Below, one piece after another: positions 1-11,674 of a stretch of 64,000 nt of DNA; the first letter of the stretch is position 1, and each line of letters begins with the position of its first letter. A program made the translations under genes and the position numbers. Source of the stretch: Carcharhinus amblyrhynchos (taxonomy: Eukaryota); the NCBI GenBank assembly GCA_965287045.1, contig OZ336884.1, forward strand, positions 52,266,001-52,330,000, given 5' to 3'. Below the pieces are notes generated by a model. It searched no databases. It saw nothing but the letters and a program-made list of their open reading frames with translations, and had not been told where the DNA came from.

Positions 1-2355
1 CCAGAGAGCATGTAGCTTATAGTCATTGTGTGTTGTGCTCTGCATAACCCAGCTATTGCAAGGGAGGGAAACACTGGACCAAATGGACACCTAAACAAGT
101 GCACATGCCTCAGAGGAGAAATCCAATGATGACTCGGCTGGGGAGCCTGGGCAATCAGAGGGATGCAGCATTGCTGAACCCGCAGGGGGGTGCTGGATCA
201 CAGGAAGGCATGCATTCATTGTGTCACATTCATTGTTAACCAGGGGCGCCACTTTGTTCACACAACTCAGAGATGTCAATGCCCAAAGCACAATGTCATC
301 TCAGGACCTCTCTAATGAATGTTGTTGTCTCTACATTCCATCGTCATGGTCTGATAAGGCCAGCAGCACTAAGAACAAACATCAGGACCACTCAGGTCAA
401 AGCTACACTTTTTTTTATCTGCTCGACAGAGTACAAGACAACAAATAGAAAATAACATGTTTGGCCAAGTAACAGACACAAAATGATACTTCGATGAAAG
501 AAAGAAAAAACACCTGTAAAAACCCAGCCTATGCCTAAGGTTCCTTAACCTTACACTTGCAAGTGCTACATCTTGGTACTCCCCACTTGCTGGCTTCAGG
601 CAGATTGCTGACTGCTGTCACACTGGCCCTGATGGCCATGGTGGTCGTCCTCTTGCCCATGGTGTCTGCGCAGCAACATGGCTGGACACTCCTCAGTTGG
701 TGCGGACTCAGGTGATGCCTCATTACTGGCAGAGGGCAATGGAGCTGCCACCATCTTGAGCAGCACTCTGACAGGAATCCACAATGGCAACAGACAGCTC
801 ATCTGCCAGTGTGAGTGCCTGCATCTCCCTGTTTACCAATGACTGATGTGCACCAAGTGCAGAGACCAGGTGCCTGATCCATCTCTCACATTGACAGTGG
901 CCTCCTGAGGTCATTGCCTGGATGAAGGCTTGTCGATCCGAGAGCAATCTCAGGAATCCCTGATTCTGCTCTTGGAGTAGCTGTTCAGTGAGAGACGCCA
1001 CTCTCTCAAAGGAGTGATTGTGATGTACCCACACTACAGTGCACTCTCAACTGAGATAACATGCTGTAGTAACCAAAGTGATGGTGCTTGGTACTGAGTG
1101 TGAATGTGATGCTGGTGTATCCCTCAGAAGCTTGTGTATAGGCGTGGAGGGGTGAGGGGGTGCTTTCAGCCTCGGCTGATGCTTCTGTGGATACAAAGAA
1201 AATGTCACTAACATCCTTAGTAAATATCTGCCTTAGCACAGTAGTGCCTTTCCTCAACAGTCACGTGCCTCAATTAGCTTTCACTGTAACCAATTCACGC
1301 ATTCTCAGAATCTGATCTTCTTCATGGTGATAGAACAACTTGGCCCTTCCCGCACATTCGCCCACTCTCTCCACTGTCCACTGAATTCTTACTATCCTCC
1401 GGCACCACTGCCTCACTAACTGAGGACCATGCTCCATGATTGTCCTCGAGGTCCAGGTCATCCATCTTAAATTAGGTGATTATGGTGGGTTTAGGCACTC
1501 CACTGCCCATATGCATGTGCTCCCACACAGAATGGCTTCACTTTTCCTGACATGAACAAGTATTTCAATTAGTGAAACCTTCTCTGGTGACATCATTTCA
1601 ACCGCATGAATCTCCCACCTGAATGCCCAGCCTTAAGTGCCTGTCAGACTGATTTGTCACCCTTCCGTTCACTAAAGGTGCAAGGCCCTATCTCCCACCC
1701 ATGGTATTCACATGGTGAAACCTCCTTTGGCACTATGTATCTCTAATCCCTGAATACACTGACTGATATCCACCCTCCAATCCTTCCATATTACCACATG
1801 CCAAGTTGGTACTCACCCTTGCGGACTGCAGAAGATCATTGAAGGGATTCCGTCAGGCGCACAGTACCACATTATGCTCACTCTCCGGTGCTGCCATTCC
1901 ACTCCATGCCCTCTGGGTCTGGTGGGAGGCCTCCTCCTGCCATTCTATCTCATTGGTACATTATGCTAGACACCCATGGCCTGCATCAGTCTCACAGGCT
2001 GTCATTCATAAAGTGTGGGGCTGAATGCCCACCAACATTGGCAGCCCTCCTGCCATGCCCACCTGTTGCAGAGGCCCTTCCAAATCTGCCTGGCCCAGCT
2101 CAGAGGTCCTTCCTCCTACCCTTCGCAGTCGCCTCACAGCTGCCTGACCTCCTTTTATTCTCTGCCCGGTTCACATGTTGACCCAACACCTGCCAAGCTC
2201 CCATCCCCACCGTCAGCGTGGGACCTGTGTCTGGTCTTGATTAATGTTGGCCGGTTTTTAGGTGGCCAGCATGAATACAATGTTGGGCTGCGATCTCAGG
2301 TGGAAGTGAGTATCACATTCGCTTTGTCCCACCTGACATATGCAAAATTCACGTC
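1..2355. mobile_element. Decayed PIF/Harbinger DNA transposon (convergent transposase 3' end on + and Myb/SANT-like gene on -), left part outside window
   Basis: + frame from base 1 reads PESM*LIVIVCCALHNPAIAR, resembling the Harbinger/HARBI1 C-terminal IIVACCVLHN motif. Minus strand ~1817-2050 reads APHF...GRRRPP...RNPFNDLLQSAR then donor AGG|gtgagt, typical of Harbinger Myb/SANT proteins. End resembles family TIR (gcaaaattcacgtc ~2342-2355). Confidence 0.7.
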
Positions 2356-2574
2356 TATATACACTTTCAGAGTTGAATAATTAACTTTTATTATGACATT
2401 GAAAAAAATAATTTCAAAATTTTCAACAATAATTTGACCACACTTTACTGATTTAATGTGGAATTTGCAAATCTGATCAACTGTGTCCTGGCTAAATTTT
2501 ATGGCTTCTGGTGACGAGAGCAGTCCAAGTATCTTCAAGCTGCTGCATCAATGGCCGTCCCTCCAAAATAAGGT

Positions 2575-3850
2575 TAGAAATGCGGATTTTTGCTGATGAT
2601 TGCAATGTTCAGTTCTATTCACAGTACCTCCAATAATTAATCAGTGCATCCCCTAATAAGACATGGGCAACATTCAGGTCAGGGCTGATTAGTGACAAGC
2701 AACATTCTTTATAAACAGGTGTGAGGTCCTAATCGTCTCTGACAAGTGACAGTCTGAAAACCACCTCCCCTTGGCATCAACTATGGGGGTGGGAACTTGG
2801 CGGGTGTAGGGTTAACAGGTGAACAGGGGAGAGAATATTCCATCACTGACACACCATGGCTGCAGTGTAACCCTCATCAAGACTCCTTTGCCAGCAACAC
2901 ACAAACTCTATCACCTTGAAGAACAAGGGCAGCAGACACATCACCACCTGCAAGTTCACTTCTAAGTCACACACCATCCTGTCTTGAAGTAAATTGTTGT
3001 TCCTTCATTATCACTGGGTCAAAATCATGGAACTCTCTTTCTCTAACAGCACTGTGGGTATGCCTTCTGTGGATGAATGGTTTGCAGAGATTTAATTTTT
3101 AATGTGCTGAAAGATCTTCAAACAAGCAAATCTCATTTTTGGTTACAGTTCGTTTTTCACTATACTGGGATTTCTTGTGGCCAGATGGGCCTGTAACTTA
3201 TCAAAGAACACAAGGTGTTAGATGAAATAGATTATCCTTGGCTGGGAGGAGTTCTTTACAGATGTTTGGAGCCAGTGTTCCTTATCTGGGCATTGCAATG
3301 TAAACAATGTGCACTTAATAGGGTCTAGAGTGACCAATACCACTACTCTGGTTGTATCTGACAGGCCTAATCGAACAATGCAATTGTAGTTTTTGATCAA
3401 TTCATTGACTGGTTACCAACAAACTTTTGGAGTTTTAACTATGCTAACACAAACAGCTTGTTCAGAAGGCAGTGTGAAGAACCTGGGGACCAAGCTCACA
3501 AGGAGAGACAACATCTGGAAGAAGAAGAAAGCAAAGGACTGATTCCATTTGACGAAAAACCCCTGGCCAGGGTGGGAATCAACCTTAAATAAAGTACATT
3601 GAGTATTTGGTTTATGCATTGTAAGTATTTACTGTTGTTTAAGTAGCTACAAAATAAAGGAAATCGTGTTCAAGTACTTAAAGTTGACTTTGTGTCTTTG
3701 TTTGCTACAGAGGTTAAAACACACAGGTTTCAACAACACTACATTACGTTGACTGCAATGGTTCAAGAACCAGCATCAGAACCTGCTCAATGACAACGAG
3801 AGGTGAGTAATAAATGCTGACCTTGTCAGCAATGCCCACATCCTGTTTAA
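2575..3850 (+). mobile_element. Old CR1/L2-clade LINE 3' remnant, interrupted by a solo-LTR-like insert at ~3069-3735
   Basis: FADD-like gctgatgattgc at ~2593. 3' tail (gagtaataaatgctgacc...aatgcccacatcctg ~3806-3845) also occurs at ~51885-51925 and inverted at ~5450-5500. Insert begins TGTGG, ends CAACA and has AATAAA near its end. Confidence 0.5.
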
Positions 3851-5429
3851 GTATGAAAGAAAATATACAATTTTGTGGCAATACCTGTGGCTTAAATAGA
3901 AATTGGATATGGTGAAAATACAAATCTGAAAACTGTTAGCAGAAAATACCAGTAAAATTAATTGGAGCTTAATACCTGATGGAAAAGCAAGTTATGCATT
4001 TGAACTTAAAACTGGCCCCAAGATATCTATGTTGCAGTCACAGGAGACATGTATGACAAAAAAAAATGAATGTTGCTGAGGGGATGAGGGTTGTGCTGGG
4101 AGAAGATTGAACTCAATGATCACAAATAATTATTTTCTCCCTCAGCCCAGGGTGTTTGGCAAAACCCCCAAGTTATTACCCTCGAGACTAATAAAAACAA
4201 AACTGTATGATGAATAATGTTGTATGACTAAAATTACACATATATACCTTCATGGCACTGAAGAAAAATAGAAATGTATACAATTTATCAAATTGGAAAT
4301 AAGCTACTTGGCCGAATCAATTCAAGATAGCATTTACCCTCCAAATAGTCCTGATCACATCTATCCCTTCATTCCCATTTTGTGCATCCATCCAGGCAAT
4401 CAAAACTTGCCTGCCAGCACGAATGCTGTCTCAAACATTCTAGTAAATTCCACAGCCTCACAATTCATTGTATAAAGAGACTGATCTTCCTCTCTGTTCA
4501 AACTCTCTTACATTTAACCTTGTTCTATCTGTCCTCATGTTCCTGACACCTCAGTTGCTGGAGTCTTACCAGAATGTTGAAAACTCCCCTATCGTGTTGC
4601 AGAATAATATGCATAATTTTAATTATTTCTTTTCAATTCAAGTTTTCATTTTTGATTTTCCTATCACTTCTTGCTACGAATGTTGAGTGGAAACAGGTAT
4701 GAAGTAATTAAGTCCCTAAATCTATGCAAAGCATGCCAAATTTAGAGCACTCAGCATGTTGATGCTAATATTGCAACATAGCACCTACTAAGCCTCTGTT
4801 AGAATGAAAGCTTTTGAATTTGAATACCTAAGAGGTTTATTTTTGGTGCAGGCAGGATCTTGATGCATACAAAGAATTATAGTACCAACTGAAATGCTGT
4901 AGTTGTAAAAGCTCATTAAAATTGTAAATGAAGTACAAGGGGATCAACATTTTCATGTAGTTCAGCTCTGAAGACGAAAAGTAATGTTCAGAAGTATTAT
5001 AAATCTGTTTACGACAAATTAATTCCTGTGTAATTACATTAACTTCAAAAAAATACTCAAAATACTTTACCTCTCACAGGGAGTGTAGAAGACATGTCTG
5101 CAGATTGTAATTTAGATGATTGGGAAGTACTAGTTCCGAAGGCCATACAAATTAGTTTTTGAAGCTTCACTACAGTAATGGGCACTAATAAATTCATCAG
5201 CACACAATTACTCCCTTTCTTCCAGTACGGGATCTTCCTTCGATTTCAGGCAGTAGTTCATTTAATTTGAACAGCAAAGGCAAATGATGATGTTCTGTAT
5301 GGCATTCTGGCATGGATTTTAATGAGAACAACTAGGTGGAAATATCAAAGGAAAGATGGACATTTCTAACACCTATAAATTTCCTCTCAGTTACCCATAG
5401 GTATTTTACACAATAGGAGTCATTGAGCT

Positions 5430-5590
5430 TTTTTTGAATTCATTTGTGGGGCATGGACGTCGCTGGCTGGTCAGCATTTATTGCCCATCCATAGTTGCCT
5501 GAGGACAGTTGAGAATCAACCACATGGCTGTGGCTCTGGAGTCACATGTAGGCCAGACCAGGTAAGGATGGCAAATTTTGTTCCTTCACA
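5430..5590 (-). mobile_element. LINE/SINE 3' tail remnant
   Basis: cagcatttattgcccatcc...gagtcacatgtaggccagacc; related copy at ~21960-22130. Confidence 0.5.
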
Positions 5591-6151
5591 GTCTTGCCAA
5601 TGGCTCACTGGGATCATTATGGATACTGGGAGAACAGATATGGCAGGTACATGGCAGTGGTGTTGCATGGGAGGAACAGGAACATGGGATATGAGGGGTC
5701 ATAGAGGAAGCATGAGAGAAATGCAGGCAGTGGGGATAGAAGGGATGGGTTGGGGATGTACTGTGGTTGAATCAGTGCTAGAAGGAACAAAGCATGACAG
5801 CCTATAGTCATGATTAAAACTGAGCCGATGACCTAATAGACAGATACTGGCATTTCACCCTGCTGGTCTTGCCATTCGCCTGGTTCCGTTGCCACTTTGA
5901 GTTTGCCACGAAACAACGGCCTGATTCAATCCCTCCTGCCACCCTGGAATGAAAATATGGTGAATGGAAGCCTCCTTAAGAGAGACACGTTTCTGAACTT
6001 GGAAACATTTCCAATGTGTTCAAACTTTCCAATATTCACCTAGTGGAAATTTCTGTTCATCCAGTATTGAAATTGGACAAGCAATCTGATAATTTAGGAA
6101 CAGTGAAATTGTCAAGAGAGCTGGTATTTAGGTAGAGCTCAGCATATAGTA

Positions 6152-6773
6152 GACCGAATTTTACTGGCGGATGGATTACCTAAGCCCCGACCTAAAAGTT
6201 GGTTAGCACTCTGATGATAGGAAATTTGGCTGCTCTAGAGCAATAATATTCGCTGAGCAGTCTCAATTAGTGCAGAATGGGCATTCCACCCCAGGGGCAC
6301 AAGAAGACCCATTCTAGAGTGCTGCCGGCCAATCTCATTGGCCAACAGCACTGTAGTCCCACTAGCACCAGAAGAAAATAGTGGCCACTGCTGGACTGAC
6401 ACTCAGTTCCCACGAGCAAGTGAAAATGTCTCCCAGGCTTCAGGTGAATCTGGGGATTTTGGTTGGACATGGTTGGGAGACCCATGGTTGGGGAACGGGG
6501 TGAACGAGCTTGGGGGTGTGGTGATAGGGAGGCTGGAGGACAGCATCAAACAAGAGGTCCTATTTTAATGAATATCCCAATAGGCACAGTCCCCCTCCCC
6601 CCAAAGGAGGTACACCCTCCAATATTCCTGCCCAATAGCAGCCTTTCTGACAAAGTTGCTGGGCAGCACCCAATTTCCACTTTCTACCGAAAGATTGCAG
6701 CTGAGCTGGAATGAGGCCCTTAAATATCAGTTAGGTTTCTACACAGGTGAGGGGTGGGCTGTAAAATTCACCC
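6152..6773. mobile_element. Harbinger-type non-autonomous element
   Basis: Imperfect TIRs gaccgaattttac ... gtaaaattcaccc, like other MITE ends in the window. Confidence 0.45.
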
Positions 6774-9081
6774 TGCTGTGCTTTCTGCCTATGCTGCCAA
6801 TGGGGCAGCATATAAATGAAAATAGGAATTTGCCTATATTACAGTCATATGGGATGTCAGTTGTGACTTTGACAACAGCTGTTATGGTATTGTGGCAGGG
6901 TAGACACCTGCTTAGAGAGGTTCAAATATGAGGTTCCAAGAAGGATGGAAACAAAGTTGAGAAACAACAACATGCAAGGACTTTGGAAAGGAAAAGCGGG
7001 TTGGAGATGGATTTGTAGTTTTCAAGGGTGATGGGGGTCAAGAGTTTTTTCTTGAGGAGAGGGGAGATAATTTCAGATTTAGGAGTGGTAACACTTGCAA
7101 CATTAAATTGTCACCTAAGATTTGAACCAAGTGCAAGGTTAGGTGCTCAGCAGTTTGGTGGGAATAAGGTCAAGCACTTTAGAAACCAATATGTATTGTG
7201 AGGTCCCAACCTCGTGATGCATATCATTATTGAGTTATATATGAACATTTTCAATGTAAAAGAGCACTTATTACCCTGCTAGCTGTACATATAATGCACA
7301 ACTCATCAGAAAATGCTGTAAAGAGGGGAGTGCATTAGCATCTGTAAAGGAGAAAGAACAGATTTATTTTTGGGTCCATCCCTTTGTAAGAGCTTTTTGA
7401 CAATAGGGTACAGCAAAATGTATTTTCTTTGTGCTGATTGACTGACTGTATTTGAAACATTTCATTGCTTTTATTTTGGAAATTCGGTAGTTTGTCTTTT
7501 TATCTGCACATGAATGTGCATGTGCCCGGATTATATTCTGCTATGAAGACTCTGGTTTCCTCTGAAATTGAGAGAAAACCTGTTTGTGCACAGGTGCACA
7601 CCGTAAATCTGCCGACACAAGTACAACAGCCCTCCATATTTCTGAGGCAACCAGAGAATTGTATCTTTGCATTCAGTCCACTCCGTACAAGCAGATTCAA
7701 TGCTCCTCAACTGCACTGGTCACTGCAGTCTGAGTTCTTTACATGCACAAATAACTTCTGAAACTGTGCTGCGATTTTGTTAGGAAATATGTTAATGAGA
7801 ATACAACACTGAAGTTGTTGGTACAGTTAAACCTACATGGAGCATCACAATCTTTGGAGAGAAGGGTGAATGGGGAGAGGAATTTAGAGGAGGGCTTTGT
7901 GATAATTTGGTCACATCACTCAGGTCCAGCTGAACTTGCAAAATCTCTTGGGTTCTGTATCTACATGGAGATCTTTATCAAAAAGTTGTTAACTATTTGC
8001 TTCTGGAACAGAGAATTCACTTTTTTGAAGTCCCAACATTTGCTCCGACTCTATAAAGTTTGTAATTTGCTGCTTCTGTATCCATATAGACATTATGAAC
8101 ACCCAGAAGTGACAAATTATAAATAGCCTTGAGCAGGTGTCAGAGCCATGATATGAAGAAGTACTACACGAATGAAGCAGAGAAGGGTCGACAGATGTGA
8201 TCAGGTCTTCTAGGGCTGAACTCAATTACTTTCATAGCTCCAAACTGCTGTGGAGAGAAGGTGGGGTAGTGGGATGAGAGGGTGGCAGGAACTATCTTAA
8301 GTCAAAACTGCTTCTGTATATCAGCCTCAACATGTTTAACTGCTTGTTCTCAGATTCCTCTGGAGATGATTGCTGTTCTGTGTCTTTATGGCAGGTTGAG
8401 CTTACATCCTTAATGTAATGTAATCTAACCTAATCATTCTGCTTAACTGAAACCACTTGTTACACTGGCCTGACACATGGCTAAGGTTTAATCTGTTATA
8501 ACCAAAGATCCCTTGAATGTTTGTATTGCAATAATATTTTCCATGCCCTCATTCTCAATCATTTTCCTAGCAATTTTTGCTGAAGCTTGAAAATACTGCA
8601 TTGAATTTCCAATGCCTTGGCATATATTTGCTTCACTTGTGTTTCTTATAAGCATCACATATTGCTAGGAGAAAGAAAAATAATTCTCCTTTGATGTGAA
8701 CTGAAATAGCAAAGCCAACAAAATTAAAATGGAAGGAACTGCAAATAAGTGTGTGTCACCAAATTATAAATGAAAAAGCTGAAAATCCTTGGATATTTTA
8801 ATCATTCATCGTGAAGCTTCACAAGGACCTGTTCCAAATGAGCTAGAGAAGTATCCTCCTCGATCCCATGGTATGGGGACAGAAAATCATGCTAGCTTTT
8901 CTTTCATTGCATCAAAATACTAATAAAATATATTCTAAATGTTGAGGATCCTTTTCAGTGAAACCACTTTGGGTCATCTACAACCTCTGCTGAAAAATCC
9001 CATCTCGCACAAAATTATCGCAGCCTCTGACTAAATGGATCAGAGATCGATTTTCGAGCTCCATATTGCCCATTCACATTA

Positions 9082-10500
9082 CCTTGGTGATTATTTTCCA
9101 AACGTCGCTGGATTCCGGGAAGTGCCGGAAGATTGGAAAACGGCTAATGTTACGCCGTTGTTTAAGAAGGGTGCCAGGCAAAAGGCAGGGAATTATAGGC
9201 CGGTTAGTTTAACGTCTGCTGTAGGTAAAATGTTAGAATCCGTGATCAAGGAGAAAATAGCGAGGCATCTTGAGGAGAATTGTTTGATAGAGCAGACGCA
9301 GCACGGTTTCGTTAAGGGGAAGTCGTGTCTGACAAATTTATTGGAGTTCTATGAGGATGTGTCTGGGGCGGTGGATAGAGGAGAGCCGGTGGATGTGGTG
9401 TTTCTTGATTTTCAGAAGGCGTTTGACAAGGTGCCTCACAAGAGGTTATTACAGAAGGTCAGAGGGCATGGAGTTGGGGGTAGGGTGTTAGCGTGGATAG
9501 AGGATTGGCTGTCAAATAGGAGGCAGAGAGTAGGGGTCAATGGGTGCTATTCTGATTGGCGGTTGGTGACTAGTGGAGTGCCCCAGGGGCCGGTGCTGGG
9601 GCCTCAGCTATTCACCATTTATATAGATGCTCTGGAGGAGGGAACTGAGTGTATGGTGTCGAAATTTGCTGATGGCACCAAGATTGGTGGAACGGCAAAT
9701 TGTGCAGAGGGTGTGGAAAGTCTGCAGAAGGATCTAGATAGGCTGGGCAAATGGGCCAGGAAATGGCAAATGGAATTTAATGTTGGCAAATGTGAGGTCG
9801 TCCACTTTGGTAGGAATAATGGTAGGAAGGATTATTACTTACGTGGCAAAAAACTGCAGCATGCGACGGTGCAGAGGGACCTCGGGGTCCTTGTGCATGA
9901 GTTGCAAAAACCCAGCCTGCAGGTGCAGCAGGTGGTCGGGAAGGCGAATGGGATGCTGGCCTTCATAGCGAGGGGGATTGAATATAAAAGTAGGGAGGTC
10001 TTGCTGCAGCTGTATAGGGCACTGGTGAGGCCGCAGCTGGAGTACTGTGTGCAGTTTTGGTCGCTGCACTTACGCAAGGATATTTTGGCCTTGGAGGGAG
10101 TGCAGAGGAGGTTTACTAGGCTGATTCCGGAGTTGAGGGGGTTGAACTATGAGGAGAGGCTGAATAAACTAGGCTTGTACTCATTAAAGTTTAGAAGAAT
10201 GAGGGGAGATCTTATTGAGACGTATAAGATGTTGAATGGGATGGATAGGATAGAGATGGAGAGGCTCTTCCCGCTCAGAAAAGACAGTAGGACTAGAGCG
10301 CACAGCCTCAAGATAAAGGGGGGGCGGTTTAGAACGGAGTTGAGGAGGAACTTCTTCACACAAAGGGTGGTGAATCTCTGGAATTCTCTGCCCGTTGAAG
10401 TGGTGGAGGCTGCCTCGCTAAATATTTTTAAGACACGGGTTGATAGGTTTTTGATAGGCAAGGGGATTAAGGGTTATGGGGAGAGGGCGGAAATGTGGAA
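9082..10500 (+). mobile_element. Young 5'-truncated CR1 LINE, ORF2 reverse transcriptase C-terminal half
   Basis: ORF 9035-10510 has CR1 motifs VPEDWKTANVTPLFKKG, NYRPVSLTS, LDFQKAFDKVPH, GVPQG.VLGP, RPQLEYCVQFW, RNFFTQRVVNLWNSLP. Catalytic FADD reads FADG, so probably inactive. Stops before the 3' UTR. Confidence 0.95.
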
Positions 10501-10905
10501 CATGCAGTAGTTTTCTTTCTTGCTGAATCTCATTGTTACTTCCTAAGAACTTCTCAGCTTCCCTAACTGTTCCAATAACTGAGGCAATCAGACTTAAATA
10601 AAAATATTTCTTTGCTGGTTTACTTCCTTACACTACCTGCAAATAACTCCTTCTGGATACAGTTCCATTTATGGTGGACAGTAAACATCAACAAATCATT
10701 CTGAAGTGTCATTGTAAATGATCCCAGGTGTGTTTAACATAGCCTGCTGGAAAGAAAGCCTCGAGGAACTGTTGAACATTTATTTACTATCCAGATCCAT
10801 CTTCTTCTGGGCTCTGGTCACACATGATCTGGTATCACTGATGATTTATCTTAGCTATTGTCATAAAAACTATCAACCCTTTATGATGTATCTTCACCCC
10901 ACCAT

Positions 10906-11042
10906 CAAGGGGATTAAGGGTTATGGGGAGAGGGCGGAAATGTGGAACTGAGCCACGACAGATCAGCCATGATCTTATTGAATGGCGGGGCAGGCTCGAG
11001 GGGCTAGATGGCCTACTCCTGCTCCTATTTCTTATGTTCTTA
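10906..11042 (+). mobile_element. CR1 3' end fragment
   Basis: GIKGYGERAEMWN* plus 3' UTR ending cttatgttctta; first 42 bp identical to 10459-10500. Confidence 0.9.
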
Positions 11043-11306
11043 CTACCTGCATTAGGGCTGGCTCAGATATAAGATAAAATATCAATCATGCGATCAAGTT
11101 GTTTTCGTACTGTTTAGAAAATTGAAATTGTGCATTTTGTCTATTTAAGGCTACCATATAAGGCTATCCTCCCAAGTCTTTCATTCTACTCTTTATACAC
11201 TTATGCATTCTCTTTCCCTTCACTAAAATCATTATTTCCAGCTCTCAGGGAAGGATACCATGGTCTGATTTCTGCAGCAGTGGTATTCTTTCTCCTGCAC
11301 CATTTA

Positions 11307-11674
11307 AGAACATAAGAACATAAGAAATAGGAGCAGGAGTAGGCCATCTAGCCCTTCGAGCCTGCCCCGCCATTCAATAAGATCATGGCTGATCTGTCGT
11401 GGCTCAGTTCCACTTTCCCGTCCTCTCCCCATAACCCTTAATCCCCTCTCTTATCAAGAACCCATCAACCCGCTTCTTAAAAATATTTAGCGAGGCAGCC
11501 TCCACCACTTCAACGGGCAGAGAATTCCAGAGATTCACCACCCTTTGAGTGAAGAAGTTCCTCCTCAACTCCATTCTAAACCGCCTCCCCTTTAACTTGA
11601 GGCTGTGCCCCCTAGTCCTACTGTCTTTTTTGAGCGGGAAGAGTCTCTCCACCTCTATCCTATCCATCCCATTC
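11307..11674 (-). mobile_element. CR1 3' end fragment (same young subfamily, inverted)
   Basis: ORF 11404-11676 RRNFFTQRVVNLWNSLP...GIKGYGERTGKWN; (taagaaca)n tail at 11307-11325. Confidence 0.9.

Noticed and set aside
5071-5169. Possible DMD exon 43 or cassette exon (ctgtag|...GAG|gtaaag, 99 bp)
   Set aside because: Starts with an in-frame TGA and has no similarity to exon 43 (NIKDSLQQ...). I did not find exon 43 in the window.
9035-10510. 491-aa ORF as a host gene or active reverse transcriptase
   Set aside because: 5'-truncated CR1 ORF2. The ATG comes from flanking DNA via a frameshift, there is no endonuclease domain, and the catalytic FADD reads FADG.
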